NCBI GenBank assembly: GCA_001724265.1
Contig: MEDY01000164.1
Coordinates: 1 to 64,000 of the forward strand
From: Rhizaria sp. SCN 62-66
Taxonomy: Eukaryota
Length of the DNA stretch: 64,000 nucleotides
Direction of reading: 5' to 3'
Notes under the pieces: generated by a model
The model's database searches: none
Seen by the model: only the letters and a program-made list of their open reading frames with translations
What the model was told of the DNA's origin: nothing
Translations under genes and position numbers: made by a program
Shown: positions 46,801 through 60,690 of the stretch, piece after piece
How positions within the stretch are numbered: position 1 is the first letter of the stretch
Layout of the letters: each line of letters starts with the position of its first letter

Positions 46801-49800
46801 CCGTTGCTGCTGGCGGCGCCGCTGGGTCTGCGTCTGGCCTGCACAGCTCTGGCGCGGCGGGCGGCAGCAGCAGCGGCTTCGGCCTCTACGGCGGGCTCGC
46901 GCTGGACGAGAAGGGCGCGCGCAAAGCCAAACGTGACGTCTGGCTTTACATCACTGACTGGGTTGAGGGCTTCTTCGAGGTCGGCAACAAGATTTCCCGC
47001 GCCGATAACTCGACCTACATCGGCGAGCTCAAGAAGACCGACTCGATCGGCCGCAACCTGGGCGTGCTGAAGAAGTTCTCCGAGCATAACCAGCGCGAGT
47101 GCGAGGGTCTGCGCCAGGAGTACATGCGCTACGACCACCTCTACAAGCTTGACCGCAACTCCGAGTTCAACAAGTTCCTCCAGGCCGCCATCGCCTCTGC
47201 GAAGCGCGAGTCTGCCGCCAGCAACGAGTTCAAGTCCAACGGCGCTACGGGTTCCAACAACTCCAACAGCAACAGCAACAACAGCGGCGCCTCCGGCCCC
47301 GGCGGCGCCGACGGCGATGACGGCGCCGCCGGCGACGACGACAGCTTCTCTTCTGACTCCGCCGACGTGGCGCTGCCGCTGGACCGCTTCGAGGAGCGCA
47401 TCCAGTACTACAAGATGCTGCAAGCCGAGATCAGCGAGAAGAAGAACGTCGTTGAGGTTGGCTTCCTCAAGATCAACGCCGCGCCCATCAAGCAGGCGCT
47501 GTCGACGCTCGGCGCGCGCTGGATCGCAACCTACACCAGCTACCTCTACAACGAGGTGACCCGCAAGCTCACGCAGGTCGAGTCGCTCATGCGCCAAGTC
47601 TCGGACGGCGTGCAGATCGACGTCCACGATGGCGACTCCGAGACCCTCAAGCGCGTACTCGGCTACATCCACCAGGTCCGCTCTAAGGAGCGCTCGACGA
47701 ACAAGATGTTCGAGCCTCTGCGCGCGGCCGTGGCGGTGCTGAAGAAGCACGGTAAGTCGCTCGACGAGCAGGAGCTCAAGCTGCTGTCCGAAGCGCCCAT
47801 GAAGTGGGAGAGCGTTGTCAACATGGTGTACAAGGTTAAGGAGAAGGTCAACGTTCTGCAGAACGACGAAGTCGACAAGATCAAGCAAAAGGTGGCCAAC
47901 TTCAACCTCGAGCTGCTCGACTTCCGCGAGCAGTTCAAGGACGAGGCCCCGTTCCACTACGAGATCGAGGTGCACGAGGCGTACGACGACATCTACATGT
48001 TCCACCGCCGCATCAACCAGATGGAGGTCAAGGCGGCCAAGCTCACCGACCTCGAAAAGGTCTTTGAGCTCACCGTCTCCAAGCACCTCGAGATCAAGAA
48101 GAACCGCTCCGAGAACAAGCTCCTGAAGCAGATCTGGGACATGGTGGGCATCGTGCGCACCACGTTCGCCGACTGGCGCAAGACGCCCTGGAACAAGATC
48201 GACACCGACGTGCTCATCTCCGAGTCCAACAAGCTCAAGCGCCAGATCGCGCTGCTGTCACCCGAGGTCCGCTCGTGGCCCGTGTACGAGGGCCTGGTTG
48301 CTGAGGTGAAGAACCTGTCAGTGGTGCTGCCCATGGTGGACCTGCTGCACTCGCCCTTCATGCAGGACCGCCACTGGGACCAGATCAAGAAGGCGACGCA
48401 CAAGAACTTCGAGAAGGGCGAGGACTTTTGCCTGGCAGACCTGCTGGAGCTGGAGCTGCACAAGTACGTCGACGACGTCGAGTACATCGTCGAGCTCGCC
48501 AAGAAGGAGTCCAACATCGCGTCGCAGCTGGAGAAGATCGACCTCAAGTGGGTCGGTCTCAAGCTCGACTTCGGCGTCCACCCCAAGAAGGCCGACCTGC
48601 AGGTGATCCACCGCCCCGACGAGATCCTCAGCACGCTCGAGGAGCACATGTCGCAGCTGCAGAACATGCAGGGCCAGGGTAAGTACGTCGAGCACTTCAT
48701 CGACCGCGTGACGATGTGGCAGCAGCGCCTCAACGTCGTCGAGACCGTGCTCAACAACTGGCTCGACGTGCAGAAGAAGTGGGGCTCGCTCGAGCCCATT
48801 TACGTTGGCTCCATGGACATCAAGACCCAGCTGCCCGAGGACTCGAACCGTTTCGAGGAGATCGACGCCACCTGGCGCGACCTCATGCTCCACGCCGCCG
48901 AGACCCCCATGGTCCTCAACGCCTGCCAGGTACGCATTTTAGCAATTGTATCGCGCTATTTCTGAAGCATTCTTATCTTAACTATTTACATTAGCTGTTA
49001 TTCTCTGTTTTCTATCTCTATTTTCAAATTTGCTTTATTTCTCACATATAATGTCTATTTTATCTCCCTTTTTTTTTCGTTTCAGGCTCCTGGTCGCGCC
49101 GAGATGCTCGCGACGCTCAAGATCGGCCTCGAGCAGTGCGAGAAGTCGCTCTACCAGTACCTCGAGATGAAGCGCAAGTCGTTCCCTCGCTTCTATTTCA
49201 TCGCCAACGCGGCCCTGCTTGACATGCTGTCGAGCGGTGACGACCCGCACGCCGTGCAGCGCCACATCTCCGAGTGCTTCGATAACCTCCAGCACCTCGA
49301 GTTCAAGCCGCTTAAGGACGTCGACGCCTCGGCCGACCCCGCGCTCGCCAACAGCGCCAGCAACGGATCTGGCGACTCGCTCGACGGCGGCGCCATCACT
49401 GTCAGCACCGACGACGCCGGCGCCCGCACCAGCTCCGCCTCGTCCTCCAAGCGCGCCGGCTCCGCGTCCACCGGCTCCTCCTTGTCCGCCACTGCTGGCG
49501 GCGCGGCGGGTGCCGTGGCCGCGGTCAAGGAGTACTTGCGCTCGGCGGGCGCGCCGGTCAACTCGCCCGACGAGCCGCTGTCGCGCATCGCTGTCGGCAT
49601 GCACTCGAAGGAGGGCGACGAGTATGTCCCGCTGCATGAGGAGTTCCTGTGCGCCGGCGCCGTCGAGAACTGGCTTACGCGACTTGTGCAGCGCATGCGC
49701 GACACGCTCAAGGACATCCTTGCGCGCGCCAAGTTCACGGCTGACCACTGGGAGATCGAGAAGCCGCGCCACCGCTGGCTCTTTGACTACCCCGCGCAGA

Positions 49801-52800
49801 TTGCGCTGACGGCGAGTCAGATCATCTGGACCGAGGAAGTGGGCTCGCAGTTCGACGCCTTCCAGGACGGCAACGAGCAGGCGATGAAGGACTACTCCAA
49901 GGTACTTGCGATGCGCCTCGAGGAGCTCATCTCGCTCGTTCTCGGCGAGCTCGACCCCTGCGACCGTATCAAGATCATGACGCTCATCACTGTCGACGTT
50001 CACAACCGTGACGTTGTTGCCAAGCTCATCGACCAGAAGGTGACCGAGCCAAACGCCTTCACCTGGCAGTCGCAGATGCGCTACTCTTGGGAGGACCAGG
50101 ATATCACGTCTGAGGCCGCCGAGGGCAAGACCGGCGACGACCTCAAGGAGTGCTACATCAAGGTCGCCGACGGCGCGTGGGCCTACAGCTACGAGTACGT
50201 TGGCAACACCGGCCGCCTCGTCATCACGCCGCTCACTGACCGCTGCTACATCACGCTGACCCAGGCGCTGCGCCTCATCCTCGGTGGCGCGCCCGCCGGC
50301 CCCGCCGGCACGGGTAAGACCGAGACCACGAAGGACCTCGGTCGCGCGTTCGGTCTCCCCGTCTACGTGTTCAACTGCTCTGAGCAGATGTCCGTGCTCT
50401 CGATGAGCGCCATCTTCAAGGGTCTCTCGCAGACTGGCGCGTGGGGCTGCTTCGACGAGTTCAACCGTATCCAGATCGAAGTGCTGTCCGTCATCTCGAC
50501 CCAGGTCGCGACCGTGCTCAACGCTATCCGCGCCAAGCGCGAGGAGTTCGACTTCATGGGCGACATCTGCCGCCTCGTGCCCTCGGTCGGCATGTTCATC
50601 ACCATGAACCCCGGCTACGCGGGTCGTACCGAGCTGCCCGAGAACCTCAAGGCGCTTTTCCGCTCGTGCGCCATGGTTGTGCCCGACATGGACCTCATTT
50701 GCGAAAACATGCTCATGTCCGAAGGCTTCCTTCAGGCGCAGCGCCTCACGAAGAAGTTCGTCACCCTGTACTCGCTCTGCTCTGACCTGCTGTCGAAGCA
50801 GCGCCACTACGACTGGGGTCTCCGTGCCTTTAAGGCCGTTCTGCGCGTTGCCGGCGGCCTCAAGCGCGCAGAGCCCGATGTCGACGAGAACCGCATCCTG
50901 ATGCGTGCGCTGCGTGACTTCAATATCCCCAAGATTGTTGACGAAGACAAGCCCATCTTCAAGCAGCTCATCGACGACCTCTTCCCGGGGCTCGGCAATA
51001 CGGCGCGCAAGTTCGACAAGACGCTCGAGGCCGCGGTGCAGCGCATCGCCGTGCAGAAGCGCAAGCTGCAGGCCGAGGAGAAGTTCGACCGCAAGTGCAT
51101 CGAGCTCTCCGAGCTGCTCGTGATCCGCCACTCCGTCTTCGTCGTCGGCCCGGCGTCCTCCGGCAAGTCCGAGATCTGGAAGACGCTCGCCGACGCTTTC
51201 AACGACCTCGGCAAGGAGACCGTCTACGACGTCATCAACCCCAAGGCCGTGCTGAACCGCGAGCTGTACGGCTGGCTCAGCAAGACCGACTGGCACGACG
51301 GTATCCTGTCGACGATGATGCGTAACATGTCGCACAACAACGCGCCCTACACGGACCAACAGTTCTACAAGTGGATCGTGCTCGACGGTGACATCGACCC
51401 GAACTGGATTGAGTCCGCCAACTCCGTCATGGATGATAACAAGATGCTCACGCTCGTGTCCAACGAGCGTATCCCTCTCACCAAGTCGATGCGGCTTATG
51501 TTCGAGATCTCCAACCTCGATAATGCCACGCCCGCCACCGTCTCCCGTGCGGGTATCCTGTACATCAACGCCTCGGATATCGGCTCCAAGCCTTTCCTTG
51601 ACTCCTGGGTCGAGCAGCGCACCAACGACAAGGAGAAGTCTTCTCTGCTCGCGCTGCTCAACCGCTACACAACCCCGGAGTCGCTGAACGAGATCATGAC
51701 GACGTTCCAGCGCATCATCCCCATCTCGGAGATCAATCTCATCCGCACCATGTGCTACCTTCTCGAGGGCCTGCTCGAGGGCCTCAACGAGAACGCCAAG
51801 GAGCACAAGAAGAAGAACATCGTCCTCACTGCGGCGCAGGAGAAGGAGGCCTTCGAGGCCACCTTCGTCTTCGCCTGCGTGTGGGCGTTCGGTTCGGCCG
51901 TCTTCTCGGACAAGGTCAAGAACTCTCGCTCCGAGTTCTCCGAGTGGTGGAAGCGCGTCTTCACCACGGTCAAGTTCCCGGGCTCCGTTTACGACTACTT
52001 CGTCGACGACAAGGGCAAGCTCACCCCGTGGACCGCGATCCTCAACAACTACGTCCCGCCGCCGGACGCGTACCTCGTCACGCAGGTCTTCGTGCCCACC
52101 GTCGAGTCCGTCCGCCTCCGCTACCTGCTCGACCTGCTGGTGGAGAAGGAGCGCCCGGCCCTGCTCGTCGGCTCGGCCGGCACGGGCAAGACCAAGCTCA
52201 TGATGGAGTACCTCCGCGGGTTGCGCGCGCGCGACGACCGCAAGGTGTTCGCCACAGTCAACATCAACTACTACACTGACGCCAAGGCGCTGCAGAAGAT
52301 CTTCGAGTCGCATATCGAGAAGCGCGCTGGCCGCATCTACGGTCCCCTCGGCAACAAGAAGCTCATCTACTTCATCGACGACCTCAACATGTCCCAGGTC
52401 GACCTATTCGGCACGCAGAGCACTGTGCAGCTCATCAAGCAGCAGATGGATTACGGCTTCTGGTACGACGTGGCGAAGCTGGAGAAGAAGGAGATCCACG
52501 ACGTGCAGTACCTCGCGTGCATGAACCCCACCGCGGGCTCCTTCGTCGTCTCGGACCGCCTCCAGGGCCAGTTCGCTACCTTCGCGGTTATGATGCCCGA
52601 GGTGTCCGAGCTCAAGAGCATCTACGGCACCGTCATGCACCACCACTTCTCCGACTTCACCCTCGGCCAGGAGCGCGAGGTGGTCGAGCTGTGCGAGCCC
52701 CTCGTCAAGGCCACGATCGACCTCTACGACAGCGTCGCGACCAAGTTCCTGCCGTCGACCAAGAAGTTCCACTACCAGTTCAACCTGCGCGACTTGTCGT

Positions 52801-55800
52801 CGATCTTCCAGGGCCTGTGCATGTCCACCTCACGCTCTGGCTACACGCCCGCGATGATGGTGCAGCTGTGGCAGCACGAGTGCGCGCGTGTCTTCTCCGA
52901 CCGCCTCGTTGACGTCAAGGACATCCAGACCTACGACACGCTTGTCGAGTCTCGCATCCGCGACAACTTCCGCAAGTACATCCCTGCCGACGTCGGCGGA
53001 TTGTCTGGCAACGAGCTCGTCGCGCCCATCTTCGCCTCATTCGTGCACAACCCCGAGGCCGGCACTTACCTGCCGGTCGAGGACATGGGTCTGCTCAAGT
53101 CCGTGCTCACGGCCAAGCTGGAGGAGTACAACGCCAGCAACGCAGTCATGAACCTCGAGCTGTTCAACATCGCCATGCAGCACATCTCGCGCATCGTCCG
53201 CATCATCGAGAACCCCCAGGGCAACGCGCTGCTGGTCGGTGTCGGTGGCTCCGGCAAGCAGTCGCTGTGCCGCCTCGCCGCCCACATCTCAGGCTACTCC
53301 GTCGTCCAGCTCTCGGTGTCGCAGGAGTACACGCTCCACGACCTCCGCACCGACCTGCAGGAGCTGTACCGTAAGGCTGGCGTTAAGCGTATCCCTCTGC
53401 TCTTCATGCTGACCGACACGCAGATCCTCGATGACCGCTGGCTCAGCATGATCAACGACCTGCTCTGCTCCGGCAACATCCCCGGGCTGTTTAACGACGA
53501 AGACATGGACGGCATCCTCGCCGCCGTGCGCACTGAGGCCAAGGCAAAGGGCGTGTCGGACTCGCGCGAGAGCCTCACCGAGTTCTTCATCTCGCAGGTC
53601 CGCGCCAACCTGCACGTCGTGCTGTGCTTCTCCCCCGTCGGCGAGGTTTTCCGCGTGCGCTGCCGCAAGTTCCCCGGCATCATCAACTGCACCGTCATCG
53701 ACTGGTTCCACGCCTGGCCGCACGACGCCCTCGTCTCGGTCGCCAAGCGCTTCATGCAGGACATGGAGCTGGGCGGGCCCGACGCGCTCAGCGCGATCGC
53801 GGACCACATGGCGCGCGTGCACATGTCGGTTGACGACGTCTCGGTGCAGTACCGCACGGTGCAGCGCCGGTACAACTACACCACGCCCAAGTCGTTCCTC
53901 GAGCTCATCTCGTTCTACCGCATGCTGCTGGGCGAGAAGCGCTCGGAGCTGATGCGTCAGGTCGCGCGCCTGCAGAAGGGTATCCAGACGCTCAACAACA
54001 CGCACGCCGACGTCGAGCGCCTCAAGGACATGCTCGCGCAGAAGCTCATCGTGGTCGGCGAGAAGAAGGAGGCGACCGAGGAGATCATCGCCAAGATCTC
54101 TGTCGAGCGCAAGAAGGTCGAGGAGCAGCAGGCCATCGCGGCCGTCGAGGCCGGCAAGGCCAAGGCCGTGGCCGAGGTCGCGTCGCGCATCTCCGAGGAG
54201 TGCCGCCGTGACCTCGAGGCCGCGATGCCGATCAAGGAGGCCGCGCTCGAGGCCGTCAAGGTGCTCAAGTCGAACCAGCTCACTGTGCTCAAGAACCTCG
54301 CGAACCCGACTGTTGACATCACGTTTGTCACACAGGCCGTGATGATCATGCGCAACTTCCCCGGCAAGCGCACGTGGGCCAACGCTAAGATCATGATGAA
54401 GGACGTGAACCGCTTCAAGCTCGAGCTCGAGCAGTTCGACGCCACGTCCATCACCGAGGACACGCTCAAGAAGCTCCAGCCCATCCTCCAAAAGGACTTC
54501 TTCACCCCCGAAGGCATGGCTACTAAGTCCGAGGCCGCTGCCAACCTGTGTACCTGGGTTGTCAACATCGTCAAGTACAACGAAGTGTGGAAGATGATCA
54601 AGCCCAAGATGGACGCTGAGGCCGCGGCCAAGGCCGACTACGACGCCGCGGCCGCCAAGCTGCAGATCGTCGAGGACAAGGTCGCCGCCATGCAGGCCAA
54701 GCTCAAGGCCGTCACGGACCAGTTCGAGCGCAAGCTGGCCGAGAAGAACCAGGTCGAGCAGGAGGCGCGTGACTGCCAGGACCGCCTCGCGCTCGCCAAG
54801 CGCCTCGTCGACGGCCTCGCCGACGAGAACACGCGCTGGAACAAGAGCGTCGGCGAGATGACGGAGAAGTCGCGCACGCTGGTCGGCGACGTCATGCTCG
54901 CCGCTTCCTTCGTGTCGTACCTCGGCGCGTTTGACCAGGAGTTCCGCGTGTCGCTGTGGGAGAAGACATGGATGCCCGACCTCGTGGAGAAGCAGATCCC
55001 GCTCACGCCGCGCGTTGACCCCCTGCGCGTGCTCGCCAACGAGTCCGACTTCGCCAAGTGGAAGAACGAAGGACTCGCCGCGGACCGCAGTTCGCTGGAG
55101 AACGGTGCTATCATCACACAGTGCGCGCGCTGGCCGCTGATGATCGACCCGCAGCTGCAGGGCGTGCAGTGGATCCGCGGCCGCGTCAAGGGCCTCATCA
55201 CCACGCAGCAGAACCAGCCCGGCTACATCAACACCGTGGTGCAGGCTATCCAGCAGGGCCACACGCTGCTGCTCGACAACTGCCCTGAGGACCTGGACGC
55301 GACGCTCGACCCCGTGCTGTCGCGCTCCATCATCCAGCGCGGCTCGCGCAAGTTCGTCCGCGTCGGCGCTGATGAAGTTGAGTTCAACGACAATTTCCAG
55401 CTCTACCTGCAATGCAAGCTTGCGAACCCGCACTACCGCCCCGAGATCTTTGCCCAGTGCACGCTGATCAACTTCATCGTCACCGAGAGCGGTCTCGAGG
55501 ACCAACTGCTGGCCATCGTCGTCGATCGCGAGCAGCCCGAGCTCGAGGAGAAGCGCACGTCGCTCGTCCGCGCTATCAACGACTACATGGTGTCGCTGAC
55601 TGACCTCGAGACGGAGATCCTCACGCGCCTCATGGACGCGCCCCCGGACATCCTCTCCGACGTCGGCCTCATCGAGGGCTTGGAGAAGACCAAGAGCGCG
55701 TCGATGGAGATCGAGCTCAAGGTCGCCCAGTCCCGCGACCAGGAGGTGTCGATCAACGCGGCGCGTAACGAGTTCCGCTCCGTCGCCGCCGAGGGCTCGT

Positions 55801-58280
55801 GGCTCTACTTCATCCTCATCCAGCTCAACGCTGTCGACCACATGTACCAGTTCTCGCTCAACGCCTTCGTGTCCTTCTTCCGCAAGGCGATGAACCGCAC
55901 GGCCAAGGTCGACTCGCCGCAGGAGCGCGTGCGTCTGCTGCGCGAGTCGATCCGCATCGTCGTCTTCACCTGGGTCACGCGCGGCCTGTTCGAGCGCCAC
56001 AAGCTTATCTTCTCCTCGCAGCTCTGCTTCAAGCTCATGATGAAGGGCGCGCTGCGCGAGGCGTACAACCCCGACTACTACGACTTCTTTGTCCGCGCGC
56101 CGCGCAAGACCTCGAACACGGAGAAGTGCCTCGACTGGCTTACGCGCCCCTCGTGGGAGGCCATCCTGCACTTGTCCTCGCTCGAGGGCTTCGAGAAGCT
56201 CTCTAAGGAGATGGCCAACTCGCCCAACCGCTTTAAGGAGTGGTACAACAAGCCGCGCCCCGAGGCGGCGCCTCTGCCGCTCGAGTGGCGCAAGCTCGAC
56301 GAGAACGCGCCCTTCATGAAGCTGCTTATCGTGCGCGCGCTGCGCCCCGATCGCATGATCACGGCCATGGAGACGTACGTCGCTAACGCGCTACCTGACG
56401 GCAAGGCTTTCGTCGAGTGCGACGCCGGCAAGTCGTTCCTCGAAGTGCTTTCGTCCTCGCTCGACGACAGCACGACGCAGAACCCCATCTTCTTCATTCT
56501 GTCTCCCGGCGCGGACCCCGTGGCGTCGGTCGAAGTCCTCGCCAAGCGCCAGGGCATGTACGACCACCGTTTCCACCGCGTTGCGCTCGGCCAGGGCCAG
56601 GACATCGTGGCGTCACAGCGCCTCGCCGCGGGCGCACGCGAGGGTCACTGGGTGGTGCTGGAGAACATCCACCTCATGCCGGCCTGGCTTAAGGTGCTGG
56701 AGAAGATGCTCGACGACCTCGACCACGCCGGCACGCACGCCGACTTCCGCGTCTTCCTCTCAGCCGAGCCCGCCGAGTGGATCCCCATCGGCATCCTCGA
56801 GCGCTCACTCAAGCTCACGAGCGAGCCTCCGCAGGGCCTCAAGCAGAACCTCAAGCGTGCTTTCGCGACCTTCGACAAGGAGCACTTTGACTACGTTGAC
56901 AGCAAGGTTAAGAGCATCCTGTTCGGCCTGTGCCACTTCCACTCGATCATCATTGAGCGCTGCAAGTTCGGCCCCAAGGGCTGGAACCGCGTGTACCCGT
57001 TTAACACCGGTGATCTGCTCAACTCTGCCATCGTCATCCAGACGTACCTGGAGGCCGCCAACGCCAACGACGCCGTGCCGTGGAAGGACCTGCGGTACAT
57101 GGTCGGCGAGATCCTCTACGGTGGCCACATCACCGACGACTGGGACCGTCTGTTGTGCGTTACCTACCTCAAGTTCTACCTCCGCGACGAGCTGCTGGAC
57201 GAGATGGAGCTCTACCCCTTCATCGAGGCCAACTCCGAGGACCACTTCCGCTCGCCGCCCATCCTGCCCTACGAGCAGTACTTCGACTACATCGACTCGC
57301 AGCTGCAGAACGAGTCGCCCACGGCGTTCGGCATGCACACCAACGAAGACATCGCCGTCATGACTTCGCAGGCCACTATTCTCTTCAACCGCATCCTCGA
57401 GCTCCAGCCGCCCACCTCCACCACGGGCGCCGCGTCCTCCGAGGCCACGTCGGTGCAGTCGCGCGTCCAGATCGTCGCCGACGGCATCCTCGAGCGCATT
57501 AAGGGCATCAATTTCCACCTCGACGACATTGCGCAGCAGATCGTCGACGAGCGCGGCCCGTTCCAGAACGTATTCCTGCAGGAGTGCGACCGCATGAACA
57601 TTCTGATCCGCGAGATGAATCGCTCGCTGAAGGAGCTCTCACAGGGCCTGGCGGGCGAGCTGCAGATGAGTGAGCGCATGGAGCAGCTCCAGAACGCGCT
57701 CTTCTTCAACCGCGTGCCGCCGTCGTGGGAGAGTCTGGCGTTCCCCTCGGAGCGCGGACTGCTCTCCTGGGTCGAGAACCTCGTCGACCGCGCGTCGCAG
57801 CTCCAGGACTGGACCGAGGAGCCCAGCCAGGTGCCCGTCGTCGTGGCGATCGACAAGCTCTTCAACCCTCAGTCTTTCCTCACGGCCATCATGCAGAAGA
57901 CTGCGCAGAAGCAGAAACTGGAGCTTGACAAGCTCGTAATCCAGACCGAGGTGACTCGCAAGACCCCCGAGGAGGTCGATACGCGCTCGCGCGAGGGCGC
58001 CTACATCACCGGCCTCTACCTCGAGGGCGCGCGCTTCAACGTCACCTCGGGCGTGCTCGAGGACGCCGCGCCGCGCGAGATGTTCTTCACCATGCCTGTC
58101 ATCCAGTGCAAGGCCATCCTCGTCGACAAGATGGAGCGCTCGGGCTTCTACCGCTGCCCCGTGTACAAGACGGAGAAGCGCGGCGGCACCTACGTCTTCA
58201 CCGCCAATCTGCGCACCAAGCAGCCCGCGGAGAAGTGGATCCTCGCCGGCACCACGCTCGTGATGGAAACCGCCGAGTAA
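43821..58280 (+). CDS. Axonemal outer-arm dynein heavy chain, beta type (ODA4 / DNAH9-11-17 class), ~4714 aa
   Basis: Exons 43821-44210, 44370-48929 and 49086-58280 (TAA); 14145 nt in frame. DHC_N1/N2 tail; P-loops GPAGTGKT, GPASSGKS, GSAGTGKT, GVGGSGKQ; WGCFDEFNRI, FITMNPGYAGRTELPENLK, HYDWGLRA, RWPLMIDPQLQG and C-terminal KWILAG. The P1 context KDLGRAxGxxVYVFNCSEQM is characteristic of the beta class. Confidence 0.96.
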
Positions 58281-58922
58281 GCGCGCAGTCTAATCATCGC
58301 TCTTGCGAACGATCACGTTTTATTTTGGTGATGTTGATGCTTTTCTATAGTTGTTATACTCTCGTTCAACGCAGCTGCGTTGGTGCCGCCTGACGCGACT
58401 GCTGTGCGCGTTTGAAGCAACAACAATCAAGCTTATCATCATCACACGTGAACCTGACGATAGCGAGTCTGCCTTCTCTTTTTCACTTTTGTTTTGTTTT
58501 AATTTCTTCGACATTTCTCTCATACTATTTTTGTAACATGATAACCTTGCCTAATAAGAGGCGTTCTTTTTAAACTTTGTATCATTTCATATTGTTCAAT
58601 ACAAATCAAGTTGACATTCACTTTTACCTTCGCCGCTCGCCGTTCGATATTATGTCACGCAATGCTTCGCTTTCAGAACTATTGTTCCAAAGATAGTTTA
58701 TTCCTGTTTAAGACAACGGTTGTATTGATTTTATACTTTTATAACATCACTGGCTAAAAACAAAGCCAAGTTTTTAGTTAAGCATTCCCTGCTGTGTACT
58801 TGTACGTGCCGCATGCCCCTAAAAACCTGTCATTGCTCTTTCTGTCTACTCTACTTGGCAGACTCACATCACACTCCCACTCACGCACGCACTCACACCT
58901 GCATTATAACTCTGACAGACGC

Positions 58923-60690
58923 TTAGTTGAGCAGGCGGCGCAGCATCGGGAGCTTGCTGTACGAGAGCCCGCGAGGCTTCTTCTCAGACAGCAGCGCCGT
59001 GATGTTGAACGCGACCCAGGGGCGGTACATGGCCTTGCCGCGCTCGACGTAGGCGAAGTCGTTGTCGGTAAGGCCGATCGAGTAGTAGACCGTGTCGGTG
59101 TTGCCGTCGAAGAGCTGCATGTGCACGTCGCCCGTGTTGGTCGGCGTGGGCACAGACTGCAGTTAGGGTTGAAATGAAGAGAAGTGATTAGAACATGAGA
59201 AAAAGGCGTTGCGTGAGTTATGAAACGTGAGACAAAGGTACTTATTCATTATCCAAACAAAATTAATACAAACACTCATAATAATGTGCATTATATAGAT
59301 GTGAAAACAGCTGATTGCTGCGATCAATAGAGCGGTCGACGTACGTGAAGGATGAACTTAGTGTCGATGCCGCCCTCCTTGATCTTCTCCGCGAGCATGG
59401 TGGCCATGGGCGACTCCTTCGACGGCTGCGGGTGCCGGTCCACGTGGATCACGCCGGGCATCACGGGCGCCTCGGTGATCATCGTGATGTTGGTGTCGTC
59501 GTACACAAACGCGCTCTCGTGCTTGTACCCGATGATGTTCATGGGCTTAGCTGTGCCGCGCTGTTCGCGGTCACCGAAGCCGAGGAAGATGGACCACGTG
59601 CGGTACGTGTTCTTAATAATCTCGTGGGCCTCCTCCTTGGTGTTGGCCAGCTCCATGATGCGGCGGATAACGAACACGGCGGTGTGGCCGTCGTAGGTGC
59701 CGGGCTATAAGCAGAAGAAGGCGAGAAAAATGAAGAAACCAGGAAATGAGGAAAACGAACGCGCGTAGTGATGACATAAACATATTTCGATCTAAAACCA
59801 ACGCAAAATAAACAAAACACGATTGAATGTTAAATCGTTAACGATACGTGAATATTAAAAGAGATATGGAGACGTACCTGGAAGCCCTGGTGATTCATGA
59901 AGAGCTTCTCGGTCTGCGTAATCTTCTCCGAGATCGAGGTCACGACGCCCATGATGCCGTAGAAGCTCAACGACGCAAACGCGTTGCCGTTGTCGGGATG
60001 CTCGACCAGCACGACGTGGTTATTCGCCCAGGGCCCATCGCCGAAGTCAAGCGCGCGCAGCTGGATAAGGTTCGGGCAGCTGGGATCGTTCGCGGGGCCC
60101 CAGGAGCCGACGATGGAGCACCCCATGCGGACGAACTCGGGGAAGATGTTGATCACGGAGACCTCGTGGATCATCTCGGCAACGTCGCAGGTCTTGTCGC
60201 CGTCGCAGAGGCCGATCGCGAGTCCCTTGAGTGCGTCCAGCGGCTTGGCGGGGTCCGCCGCGAGGTAGTACTCCTGCTGCGCGTAAACCCACTCCATCGC
60301 CTCGTACATCGCTGGCCACGTCGCGTCACCGCGCGCGGCCTTAAGGCGCTCCTGCATATGGCGCGGGAGGTACTCGTTGGCGACCTTGGGGCCGATGTTC
60401 TGCGCGTTGAAGTAGCGCGGCACATGCTCGCGCATCATGGCCAGGATCTGCTTCTTGAACAGGCGGCCGTACGCCTGACCGCGCTCGAACGGCGCGCCAT
60501 AGACGTGCGCAACGCTAAACGTCACGCGCGCCTGCGGGTCCGTGGAGCTGTTAGCAGGGGAGTTGTAGACGTAGGAGTGACCGTTGAGAACCGCGTTGGT
60601 CAGCGTGAGGCCGGAGAAGCCGTCGTAGACGGGGGCGGCGGATGCCAGGGCCGCGAGCGCCGCGATCAAGATAGACAAGAGCACGCGCAT
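58923..60690 (-). CDS. Secreted/lysosomal Ntn-hydrolase (peptidase C45 / acid-ceramidase-like, Dictyostelium dcd1-like), ~468 aa
   Basis: Exons 60690-59878, 59704-59345 and 59156-58923 (TAA), all phase 0 with GTACGT donors. Signal peptide MRVLLSILIAALAALASA; GxPFERGxAYG; nucleophile region MG|CSIVGSWGPA...LIQLRALDF. Confidence 0.75.

Noticed and set aside
45126-56171. Very long antisense ORFs (986, 1092 and 960 aa) opposite the dynein gene
   Set aside because: Shadow frames caused by strong codon bias (few TTA/CTA/TCA on the sense strand); L/V/E/D/G-rich translations with no motifs.
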